Positions 7,394 through 15,802 of a stretch of DNA of 20,480 nucleotides are shown here, one piece after another. Under the pieces are notes generated by a model. That model worked only from the letters and a program-made list of their open reading frames with translations. It was not told the DNA's origin and made no database searches. Origin of the DNA: Candidatus Nitrospinota bacterium M3_3B_026 (GTDB lineage: Bacteria; Nitrospinota_A; UBA7883; JBPRGF01); contig JBPRGF010000025.1 of assembly GCA_051418015.1 (NCBI GenBank), positions 1 to 20,480 on the forward strand, read 5' to 3'. Numbering within the stretch: position 1 is the first letter of the stretch; each line of letters opens with the position of its first letter. The translations under genes and the position numbers were made by a program.

Positions 7394-9429
7394 TACGATT
7401 CCTGGAGCGCCAGTTGGGCATCCGAGCCGCTCTCGATCGACAGGTGGGAGCCAATAAACCGGTCCTCTCGCCGCTCTTTCGGTCCGCCCTCGATTCGCTG
7501 AAGGGCACAGAGGGGCGGATACAGCTTGTCGAAAAGCATCTCCTGAAGATCCTCCCCGGCGAGCCTCCCCAGGCGCTCCTCCGAGACCTCCAGCACGCGA
7601 AGAGGGGAGTTCTGGGTCAGTGCTTCTCGAACGGAGATCGTGCCCCGGGACACCTCTTGCGCGAGGGCTCTTAACACGTCCCGCAGCGCACGCTCGAGAC
7701 CGAGCTCTGAGAGGGAGGTGGCGCAGGTGGCCCAGGAGAAATCCTCCTGAGGCCACCGCCCGACAAGACGCGCTGCACCGCCCTCTTGGTGGGGGACCTC
7801 TTCAAAGCGGAGTCCAGGCGCCCCGTGAAGGACCCGGAGGTGATAGGCCGCTTCAATGGGGGGGAGGACCGACCGGTAGAGGCGAGAGATCAACTCATAG
7901 AGAGACGCTTCCGAGATCGCTTCGGGCTTCACCACGTCAGCACCGGACTCGTCAGCGTTGGATCCAAGGCCCAGGGCTTCTCGATCCGCCCCGGTAAGGT
8001 TTGAAAATAGAGAGGGAGCCTCAAAGAGGGTCTTCTGACGGACTTCTCCCGAAGCCAGGGCGCGGGCCGTTTTCTCGCAGGCTCTGAGCAGGGCGCCGCG
8101 CAAGGTGTGCTCTAAGGCGGAGCTCACCCCTCGCCTGAGGTCCCCGGAGGGCGCCTCCCAGGTCACCTCGACCATCGGGCTGTAGCGCCCGGAGGCCAGG
8201 CGCTGGAAGTACAAAGACACGCCCGGCGGCCCACTGATCAGCTCCCGCATCTCTTTTCGAAGAGAAGGAAGTGCCAGTTCGGTTAGGTGCGCGACTTGCT
8301 CCTCAGCAGAGAGGCCCTTGCGAAAGACAGAAAACGGCGATGTGCGTGCCTGCGAGGGAGGCGGCAACTTTTCCGGAGACGCCCCTTCCCACTCTTGGAC
8401 GAGCACGCTACAAAGCTCGCGGGTCGCGCTTGCAAGGGATCGGCGGCCCAGCACGCGTGAGCGGCTTTTCTCTTTGCCTGCCGGATCTTCATAGGTGACC
8501 CTCAAGAGCGGCACATAGCGGCCGTTTCGCTTGCGGGTGGCAACGGAGAGACCGGGAACGCCCTTCAGGGCCTCATTCCGGTCTCGGAGAATCTTTTCTG
8601 CTTCCTCCGTGGCGCCGGAAACGGCTTTCTCAAAGAGGTGCTGGACGCGCTCGGTCGTGGTCGCCTCTTCGAACCAGTCTTCCGGCAGGTCGCTGAAGAG
8701 GTAGCTCCGCCGGATGTCAACATTTCCGGCCTCGTACTCTTGGGCGAGCCGTTTGGCGACTTTCCAGACCCCTTGCCGAGGCGACCACTTTAGAAGCGAA
8801 AGAATGTGGCGCCGCACCTGGCCTTCCGGGGTGGTCCAGCGGACCTGAAGAGCGGGATGGACGAAGCCCTCTGCATCTCGCCGTTCGATTACGGTCATGC
8901 CCGGCACGTCGAATTGGGACTGATGGGCGGCGCTTTTCTTCCTGGCCGCCTCAAAGGAGAGAGCCTCAGGCATCTGGCCTTTCACTAGGTCCCGCCAGAT
9001 GAGGGCTGCGTGCCGAGCGCCCGTTTTTCCGCCGAAGCGTACGTCAGAGAAAAACTTCTTTCGAAGGGTGCCCTGTCGCTGTACCCGAACAAAATCGCCG
9101 TGCGTGTCGCCCTGCTCGGGGCCGGTGTCGACCCGGCTAATGTTTGTGGTGTCCGACCAGTCGGGCTCCTTCTGGTAGCGGCGGCTCCAGAGAACGGCGG
9201 CCGTGTAGGCGGCCTCCACCGAACCGTAAACCTCGTCTGGAAAATACACGGTCTTGGTCTCCAGCAGGCCCAGAAGACCTTCAGACGGGGAGTCGTTTTC
9301 CCCCGCGACCTTCCAGCCTTCGAGGGCCGGGTCTCGCGGATCGCTGAAGTCAATCCGCACGACCTCGATCCCAGATGGAGGAGTCGGTTGGTCTCCGTTC
9401 ATTTTCGTTGGTGGGGCGTCAGGCAGCAC
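7390..9429 (-). CDS. Multi-AP2-domain DNA-binding protein (about six AP2-like units)
   Basis: Clear bacterial AP2-type unit NISRVD..THGDFVRVQRQGTLRKKFFSDVRFGGKTGARHAALIWRD, a degenerate unit before it, and four repeats opening DVPGMTV, GVPGLSV, GPPGVSL, GAPGLRF. Start is GTG 9429 or ATG 9402. Confidence 0.7.
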   Translation of the reverse strand: MLPDAPPTKMNGDQPTPPSGIEVVRIDFSDPRDPALEGWKVAGENDSPSEGLLGLLETKTVYFPDEVYGSVEAAYTAAVLWSRRYQKEPDWSDTTNISRVDTGPEQGDTHGDFVRVQRQGTLRKKFFSDVRFGGKTGARHAALIWRDLVKGQMPEALSFEAARKKSAAHQSQFDVPGMTVIERRDAEGFVHPALQVRWTTPEGQVRRHILSLLKWSPRQGVWKVAKRLAQEYEAGNVDIRRSYLFSDLPEDWFEEATTTERVQHLFEKAVSGATEEAEKILRDRNEALKGVPGLSVATRKRNGRYVPLLRVTYEDPAGKEKSRSRVLGRRSLASATRELCSVLVQEWEGASPEKLPPPSQARTSPFSVFRKGLSAEEQVAHLTELALPSLRKEMRELISGPPGVSLYFQRLASGRYSPMVEVTWEAPSGDLRRGVSSALEHTLRGALLRACEKTARALASGEVRQKTLFEAPSLFSNLTGADREALGLGSNADESGADVVKPEAISEASLYELISRLYRSVLPPIEAAYHLRVLHGAPGLRFEEVPHQEGGAARLVGRWPQEDFSWATCATSLSELGLERALRDVLRALAQEVSRGTISVREALTQNSPLRVLEVSEERLGRLAGEDLQEMLFDKLYPPLCALQRIEGGPKERREDRFIGSHLSIESGSDAQLALQESY

Positions 9430-10055
9430 GTCCGGTCCTCGCCGCGCTCACTATTTGGTGAACCGGTTCTGCAGGCTCGATATTTCATGCCCGAGATTTC
9501 GGGGCAAGGCGACGAGTCTCCCGGTGGTAGGGGGCGCAGGCTCAGGTGACGAGCTAATAAATAAAATATGGGAGTAACCCGACGAATGCAGACCGAACGC
9601 GATTTCAGCACTTCAGAATCCGAGCCATGGTGGCAGCTCGGAGGACCTGCGAACTTCAGTTCACGCGCGCAAATTGAATGCGCATCTGGACTATAGCGCA
9701 CTGGGTTATATGGGGTAGAACATCCGTGCAAAGCCGGAGCGTCCCATTAGATTTGATAAATAGACCTATGCAGAACCGGAGTGCAAAGGAGTTCTGGCAC
9801 GTCAGCCGTGCGCCGGTGGCGAAACCGGACGTGGAGTACGGTGAAATCTTTGAGGAGGGGTCAGAAAAACCAAAGAGGGGGTTGCCTCGAAGGATGGATT
9901 TCAGTATTAAGGGAATCTCAAATCCGTGCGCTCGGGTCTCGCTTGATTGAGACTCGCCTATTACCTTTCACTCAGGGTCGCATCCCTACGGGAGCCCTTT
10001 GCGGCTTCCGGTACCACCGGTCTGCTTTGGAGGGGCAGTTCGGCAGGTCTACCCT

Positions 10056-10778
10056 ATGAGGGTACCCTGTCACGGATGCGGCTCCAGATTACGGATTTCC
10101 TTGATGCTCATTCCTCCCCTTCAGCCGTGTCCGGCATGCGGTCAAAACACCGTTCAGTTTTTCGAGGACGAAGAAAAGATTCCACTCCCCTCGCTCCTTC
10201 AACAGAGAGACGAACGTAGAGAGCCTTCGGGGGGCACCCTATCGACTTGGGATCGGGCTACCCTGGAAAATGGATTCGTGGGGCCGGCTCTCGGCTCAAC
10301 GGGGCCGATTGGCCAGGACAATAATTTGATGGAAGGCCATTGGCGTCCCGGGCGATTTCTGTTGTCTCTCTGCACTGCCTGTGGGTTTGCGCGTCTTTCC
10401 GTCAGGGGCCGGCTTGTCAAAAACGGGCACTCACCAGAAAGAGGTATACGCTCTAATGACGGCCAGAGGGACGGTGCAAAACGGATCCTCGTGGTACACC
10501 ACGACGTGATGCGGCGCGGCGAAGTAGCCGCTACTGATGGTGAAGTGGATCGCCGGAAAGGGGAGGGAGATAGCCGCCACCTTTGTTCTCTGGAGAGGCG
10601 TCTCGTTCAGCAAGCCCCATTGCCGACGACCCCGCTTACGGAAACTCTTCCAGCAGAAGAAATCTATGCCCCGGCGGAATGGACATATTTTGTAGGCGGC
10701 ACGGAGGCGTGCAGGGAGGCGTTTCAGAAGCATCTGAACCAGGTGTACGCCGCACGAGCTTCGTGGCTTCGAGACTGA
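10056..10778 (+). CDS. Hypothetical protein with three CxxC motifs (possible zinc ribbon)
   Basis: ATG 10056 within ORF 9999-10778; motifs CHGC, CPACG and CTACG. Confidence 0.5.
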   Translation: MRVPCHGCGSRLRISLMLIPPLQPCPACGQNTVQFFEDEEKIPLPSLLQQRDERREPSGGTLSTWDRATLENGFVGPALGSTGPIGQDNNLMEGHWRPGRFLLSLCTACGFARLSVRGRLVKNGHSPERGIRSNDGQRDGAKRILVVHHDVMRRGEVAATDGEVDRRKGEGDSRHLCSLERRLVQQAPLPTTPLTETLPAEEIYAPAEWTYFVGGTEACREAFQKHLNQVYAARASWLRD

Positions 10779-10874
10779 CTCGACAATTCCTTACGGACTC
10801 CAGGTTGGAAATCAACTGTCCATGGTGCCTACAGTATACGTCCCGGAGATCTTCCAGTTAAGAGCACATCTCGA

Positions 10875-12296
10875 ATGACTACAGATGACGTTCGTAACAT
10901 TGTAGGGAGGGGCGAGTCGGCTCAGGTGGAATTCAAGCGCTCAACAGGCCAGCGCACCGCTGCGGCGAAAGCCGTCTGCGGCATGCTCAATGGCCCGGGC
11001 GGCTACGTGCTTTTTGGCGTCAAGGACGACGGGACCATCGTGGGGCAGGAGGTGGCCGACTCGACCCGGCAGGACGTGGCCAGCGAGCTGGGCAAGATCG
11101 AGCCCCAGGTGGTTCTCGATCCCGATGTGGTCCCGGTAGAGGGGGATCGCTCCGTCATCGTCATCAGCGTGCCCGGGGATCGCCGGGGCCCGTATGCCTA
11201 CGACGGGCGCCCCTACGTCCGTCAGGGGCCTACCACACGCCCGATGGAACAGTCCACCTACGAGAAGCGACTCGTCGAGAACCGCGATCCCCGCCGACGC
11301 TGGGAGGCCCGCCCGGCCCAAGGCGTGTCCGTTGAGGACCTCGATGCGTCAGAGATTACCCGCACTATCAACGCCGCGATTGACCGGGGGCGCATAGAGG
11401 AACCGGGCACCCGCGACCCGGAGGACCTGCTCCGGGGCCTCGGCCTCATCCGCAACGGCGAACTCCTAAGTGCCGCTGTGGTGCTCTTCGGTGAGCGCGA
11501 CGTGTTTATGCCCGACTACCCTCAGTGCCTGCTCCGTATGGCCCGCTTTCGGGGCACGACCAAGAGCGAGTTCGAGGACAACCGGCAGGTGCGGGCCAAC
11601 GCGTTTACGCTCTTCCAGCGGGCACAGCAGTTTCTCCGAGAGCACTTGCCCATCGCGAGCAAGGTCCGGCCCGATGCGATGGAGCGGGAGGACACGCCCC
11701 TCTACCCGATGGAGGCGCTGCGTGAAGCGATCGCCAACGCCCTCTGTCACCGCGATTATGGGCTTCGCGGCAGTTCCGTCGGTCTTGCGATCTACGACGA
11801 CCGATTGGAGATCACCAACACCGGCACTCTTCCTCCCGGCATCTCGATTGAGGAGTTGACCCAGCCGCACGTCTCCCAACTCCGCAACGACCTGATCGCC
11901 GACACCTTTTACCGGCGGGGCATCATCGAGCAGTGGGGACGGGGCACGATCATGATGCGGGAGGCCACCGAGGAGGCTGGGCTCGTACCGCCGGAGTTCG
12001 AGGAGCGAGGCGGGGGGATCGTTGTGCGTTTCCGCCCGATTCACTATGTGCCACCGACCCGTGTCGAACACGATCTGACCGATCTCCAGCGGGAAATTTT
12101 GAAGGTTGTTGCCAAAGAGCAAGAAGCGGCGCTCTCTGAGGTGTTAGAGGAATTGGGAGACGTGCCACGGCGCACGGTGCAAGACAATCTCCAGACCCTC
12201 CGTTCGATCGATTTGGTTGAACTGGAAGGTCGGGGAGCCGGAGCTCGGTGGCGCCTCGTGGAAGATTCCGATCAGGCAGCTGGTGACGTGCAATGA
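10875..12296 (+). CDS. Schlafen/AlbA_2 domain + HATPase_c_4-like domain + C-terminal winged HTH (often annotated as RecG-like or ATP-binding transcriptional regulator)
   Basis: GESAQVEFKRS, AVCGMLNGPGGYVLFGVKDDG, YPMEALREAIANALCHRDY, IYDDRLEITNTGTLP, LRNDLIADTF..GIIEQWGRGT, and wHTH RRTVQDNLQTL..LVELEGRGAGARW. Confidence 0.9.
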   Translation: MTTDDVRNIVGRGESAQVEFKRSTGQRTAAAKAVCGMLNGPGGYVLFGVKDDGTIVGQEVADSTRQDVASELGKIEPQVVLDPDVVPVEGDRSVIVISVPGDRRGPYAYDGRPYVRQGPTTRPMEQSTYEKRLVENRDPRRRWEARPAQGVSVEDLDASEITRTINAAIDRGRIEEPGTRDPEDLLRGLGLIRNGELLSAAVVLFGERDVFMPDYPQCLLRMARFRGTTKSEFEDNRQVRANAFTLFQRAQQFLREHLPIASKVRPDAMEREDTPLYPMEALREAIANALCHRDYGLRGSSVGLAIYDDRLEITNTGTLPPGISIEELTQPHVSQLRNDLIADTFYRRGIIEQWGRGTIMMREATEEAGLVPPEFEERGGGIVVRFRPIHYVPPTRVEHDLTDLQREILKVVAKEQEAALSEVLEELGDVPRRTVQDNLQTLRSIDLVELEGRGAGARWRLVEDSDQAAGDVQ

Positions 12297-12412
12297 TGTT
12301 TCATTCGACGTGCGATGTGCATTATTCGGCTACATGAGTAGTACAATCGTGCCCCGAACCGTGTGCAGCCGTGTGCGCGACGTGCAATGAATGTACAATT
12401 TCATTTTGGACA
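12286..12412. other. Cluster of imperfect inverted repeats between convergent genes; res-like or operator site
   Basis: ACGTGCAATGA-TGTT-TCATTCGACGT at 12286-12311; second exact ACGTGCAATGA at 12380-12390 followed by ATGTACAATTTCATTTTGGACA. Confidence 0.4.
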
Positions 12413-12431
12413 TCGTGGTCGCGAGCGGTCT

Positions 12432-15400
12432 TCAGGGTCGCGTTCGGTCGATCGAAACCCATCCCACGCGTCGCAAGAGTGCCCGAACTAGTCTGCGAAG
12501 CAGACCGGGTCGGCGGCGCCTCTCGCGCCAGACGTCCACGAAGGGCCGGGAGGAGGGAACAGAACGCTCGGATCCGAGAGACGCGGGGGAAAGCCCAGCC
12601 TCGGCGGCGGCCACCCATGCGAGGAAGTCTCGGTGAGGGCCGTCCCAGAGATCTTCAGGAAGCGGAATCTCCCCTGCCCCCTCCATTGCTTCGGCGGCGC
12701 CCTGCAAGAGCACGCCGAGGGCTTCCCCCCGAGCGTCCCTTTCGGACGGGGCTTCCACACCCGTGTTGGTCGGGGAGGAAGGATCTGCTGAAAGAGGATC
12801 GTTCAGAAAGGTAGGTCGGACGGCAAGAAGTCCTTTCCGCAGTTCGGGCGGCAGCTCGTGCCCTGAGCCGACAAAAATGAGCCGCGTCGCCAGAGGCTGG
12901 GGGTGCTCGTCTCCATTCTCGGAGCCTGAAGACAGCGCAGGGCTCCCGCTCAGAAAGCGATCAGGCAGGCAGCAGACAAAGGGAGGTACGGGGGAAGCTT
13001 TATGGCTGGGTTCTTCGAAGAACAGGGCTTCCTGGAACGGAATGGTCTGGCGTAGGCTCCCAATTTTCGGGTCGGCGGTAGCTTCCAGGCGAGTAGAAAG
13101 AAGCGGTCGTAACGGGTTTCCCGGCGAGATGGACCTCGGGTCGAGCAGGGAGGCCAGTTGCCCGGCCAGCCAGGAGAGGCGCCGAGGATCATCTCCTTCC
13201 AGGAGAAGGGGAGGCACCGGGCCGGTCGGGCAGAGCGCCCCGAGGAGCCACCCCCGTATCCCGACCCAGGCCTCGCCCGCCTCAATCTGAAGGAGTTGGC
13301 GGAAGCCGGTGAGGGAGCCTCTCTTCTTGGGCACGGGCAGGGGACGAGCATACTCGCTTCGAAGGAAGACGGTGGGCGCGCTGGAGCGGACCCGCCACTC
13401 GCCGGGCCCCACCTCGAGAATGGTGTTTTCGCCGGCGTCAATGTAGAGGGCTCCGTTTCCGGCAGCCACGCGCGAAGAGACGTGGGCTGACGAAGGAACC
13501 GCTGGGGCGAGAAAAAGAAGGGCCGCCCGGCACGCATCAGGACTTGGGATCCATCTACTGCGGTCGTAGGCGAGACGGAGGAGAAGTGGAACGACAAGCG
13601 GGCTCTCAAGAGGATATGCTTTGCCAGAAAAAGAGGATGGTCGTAGCTCACCGGCCTGCTTCTGGGAACCGTTCTCTGCAGAGGGGGGAAACGGAAACAC
13701 CAGGTAGAAGGCGCCGCCCGCGCTTATGACCTCGGCGCCCTCCTCCTCAAGGAGACGGATCATCCTTCGAGTTTCCGAGGAAAAGCTGGTTTCGGAAGAT
13801 GGGTGGCCTTCCGAAAGACGGGTTTCTGAAGAACGGGAGGTCCCGTTCTGCCTTGAGAGGGCCGCCACGGACCCGTTCTCGGAAGGTCCATTATCCGAAG
13901 ACTCGTTTTCCCGAGAACCGTTCTTTCGAGAGGTGGGCGTCTCATCAGCCTCCGCAATCGATTCAGTCTCGACGGCATCAGGCTTGGGGGAGTTCGCCTC
14001 TGTGGACCCGAGAGGATCGGTCCCCATTGGAGAACTCGTTTCCTCTGTAGGACCGGTCTCCTCCGACAGATCAGGTTCTTCCGTAGGATCCTCCCCCTCT
14101 GAGTGGATAGTTCTCTCGTCTGGGTCGGAATCCGTCGTAGAACCATTCGACATGGAGACATCTGAATCGGAGACGTCCGGATCGGTAATGGGAAGGCAAA
14201 ATCCGACCTCTCCATTCCGGTTCTTGCTCACGACCTGGTCGAGGCCCGAAAGAATCGCTTCGGTGGGCCTCAGGCCATCGGTCACCTCCACACCGATTCC
14301 TTCCCACTTGGAGGGTTTTTCTGGGGAGGTTGGCTGCTCGTCTTGTTGCTCTGGAGGGGAGATGTGAGCGTCTTCCCCCGAAGATGCGTCTTCAGTTGGC
14401 ACTTCCTCCGGGGGCGTTTCCTCTGTTGATGTGTTACCGGAGGCCTTTCCCGATCGGACGCTGCCGGCAGAGACGAGGTATTCCTGAATCTCTTCCATTG
14501 GTGCAGAAGGGCCGGGCACCGCCTCGAACCCGACTTCGTGCGTCGGGTGCGCCCGGCTGAGGAGGTAGGGCGACTGGTCGGCCAGGTGGAGCAGATCGGT
14601 CCCAGTTTTTCCCTGGGCGGCCCAGCCCGAGAGGTCAAAGTGCCGGGTGGTCGAGGGGAGGCGAAGGACCTTGATGCTTTCGGCAACGCCTGAGAGGCGT
14701 GTTGCGACCTGCCGGGCGTGGTCGAATCCGGCCTCGTCAATGTCGGGGACGATCCACACGTGAGCCCCCTTGAAAAAGCGGGAGAAGGAAGAGCGCCACT
14801 TCCCGGCCCCGCCCGGCGCGGTCGTCGCGGAAAATGATCGACCAGAGGAGGCTTCGAGTTCCGATCGCATCTGGAGAGCGGTCTCTACGTCTTTTTCCCC
14901 CTCGACGATCAAGATTGGATGGCCCTCGCCGATTGCCTCAAGCATCTCCGGGAGGAGGTAGGGAACGCGCCCCACGCCATCCATCGACCAGATCCAGCCC
15001 CCCTTTGGGTTGGGCCTGCGCTGCCGGAACCTCTTTGGCACAAAGCGGACGACCTGATACAGGAGGCTCCCCTCCGCGTTGTAGTAGTCATAGGTGCCCG
15101 TAATTTCGCCGAAGCGGCCGTTTTTCGTCTTCGACCCTGGGTTTTGGTTGGAGGGGGGCGATTGGACGGTCTCCGGTTTGGCGGGCTCCGGAGTGGGCGT
15201 GTGCTTTTCAGGAGCGTTTTTCTTCGGAGGGGAGGCAGAGGGGGGATAGAGATCGCTCATTTCGAGGCCGATCGCGCTCATAACGGCTTCAGTCGGGCAG
15301 CCCGCATGACAATGGACGAGCAGGTGTCCTTTGGGTGCCAGGGAAATAGAGAGGCTTGGAGTCCGGTCGTTGTGGGCCGGGCACCGGGCTTCCCAGCGAG

Positions 15401-15476
15401 CCGGGTACTTTCCGCTCTCGGGGAGGAGCTTCAGGCCCTTGAGGCGCCCGAGGAAGCGTTCGGGGTAGGTAGACAT
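12432..15476 (-). CDS. DNA primase-like protein: Zn finger + TOPRIM + acidic linker + degenerate P-loop/helicase-like domain (about 1014 aa)
   Basis: ARCPAHNDRTPSLSI...LLVHCHAGC Zn finger; YDYYNAEGSLLYQVVRF..KRFRQRRP; TOPRIM ILIVEGEKDVE...GGAGKW...IVPDIDEAG. Start set at ATG 15476 (MSTYPERF). Confidence 0.85.
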   Translation of the reverse strand: MSTYPERFLGRLKGLKLLPESGKYPARWEARCPAHNDRTPSLSISLAPKGHLLVHCHAGCPTEAVMSAIGLEMSDLYPPSASPPKKNAPEKHTPTPEPAKPETVQSPPSNQNPGSKTKNGRFGEITGTYDYYNAEGSLLYQVVRFVPKRFRQRRPNPKGGWIWSMDGVGRVPYLLPEMLEAIGEGHPILIVEGEKDVETALQMRSELEASSGRSFSATTAPGGAGKWRSSFSRFFKGAHVWIVPDIDEAGFDHARQVATRLSGVAESIKVLRLPSTTRHFDLSGWAAQGKTGTDLLHLADQSPYLLSRAHPTHEVGFEAVPGPSAPMEEIQEYLVSAGSVRSGKASGNTSTEETPPEEVPTEDASSGEDAHISPPEQQDEQPTSPEKPSKWEGIGVEVTDGLRPTEAILSGLDQVVSKNRNGEVGFCLPITDPDVSDSDVSMSNGSTTDSDPDERTIHSEGEDPTEEPDLSEETGPTEETSSPMGTDPLGSTEANSPKPDAVETESIAEADETPTSRKNGSRENESSDNGPSENGSVAALSRQNGTSRSSETRLSEGHPSSETSFSSETRRMIRLLEEEGAEVISAGGAFYLVFPFPPSAENGSQKQAGELRPSSFSGKAYPLESPLVVPLLLRLAYDRSRWIPSPDACRAALLFLAPAVPSSAHVSSRVAAGNGALYIDAGENTILEVGPGEWRVRSSAPTVFLRSEYARPLPVPKKRGSLTGFRQLLQIEAGEAWVGIRGWLLGALCPTGPVPPLLLEGDDPRRLSWLAGQLASLLDPRSISPGNPLRPLLSTRLEATADPKIGSLRQTIPFQEALFFEEPSHKASPVPPFVCCLPDRFLSGSPALSSGSENGDEHPQPLATRLIFVGSGHELPPELRKGLLAVRPTFLNDPLSADPSSPTNTGVEAPSERDARGEALGVLLQGAAEAMEGAGEIPLPEDLWDGPHRDFLAWVAAAEAGLSPASLGSERSVPSSRPFVDVWRERRRRPGLLRRLVRALLRRVGWVSIDRTRP

Positions 15477-15704
15477 GTTTCGGTAGCGATGGGGCTCGGG
15501 AGAGCGATGGGGCGGTAATGAGAGGAGGACCCAGGGGAAGGCCCCGGAAGGAAGAAGAGATCTTCGGAGAGCCTGGTGCCACAAGTCCCAATAGAAGCGG
15601 GGTGGAGGCTCCCGTCAAGACCCGCCTGGCTCATCTTTATGTAAGCCGTCCATAACAGCCACATACGCATCTGGCGCAAATATGGGTTTTGGGCCCATGG
15701 GCTC

Positions 15705-15733
15705 TTGACAGGCGCGGGAAACGGGCGTATGAT
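15705..15733 (+). promoter_or_regulatory. sigma70-type promoter of the trb operon
   Basis: TTGACA (15705-15710), 17 bp spacer, TATGAT (15728-15733), about 70 bp upstream of the trbB ATG. Confidence 0.8.
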
Positions 15734-15802
15734 GGGCGCCGGTTTTCCGGGTTCGCCAGGGAAGCCTCACGCGCCCAACCGGCCCCGTTTCTAACAGAAC
15801 CC

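Noticed and set aside
6341..7756. 471-aa minus-strand ORF
   Set aside because: Antisense shadow of the BID-like gene and out-of-frame overlap with the AP2 gene end; typical of GC-rich DNA.
10875..12296. Calling this gene recG
   Set aside because: No SF2 helicase motifs (Walker A, DExH); the RecG label for this architecture is a common annotation artefact.
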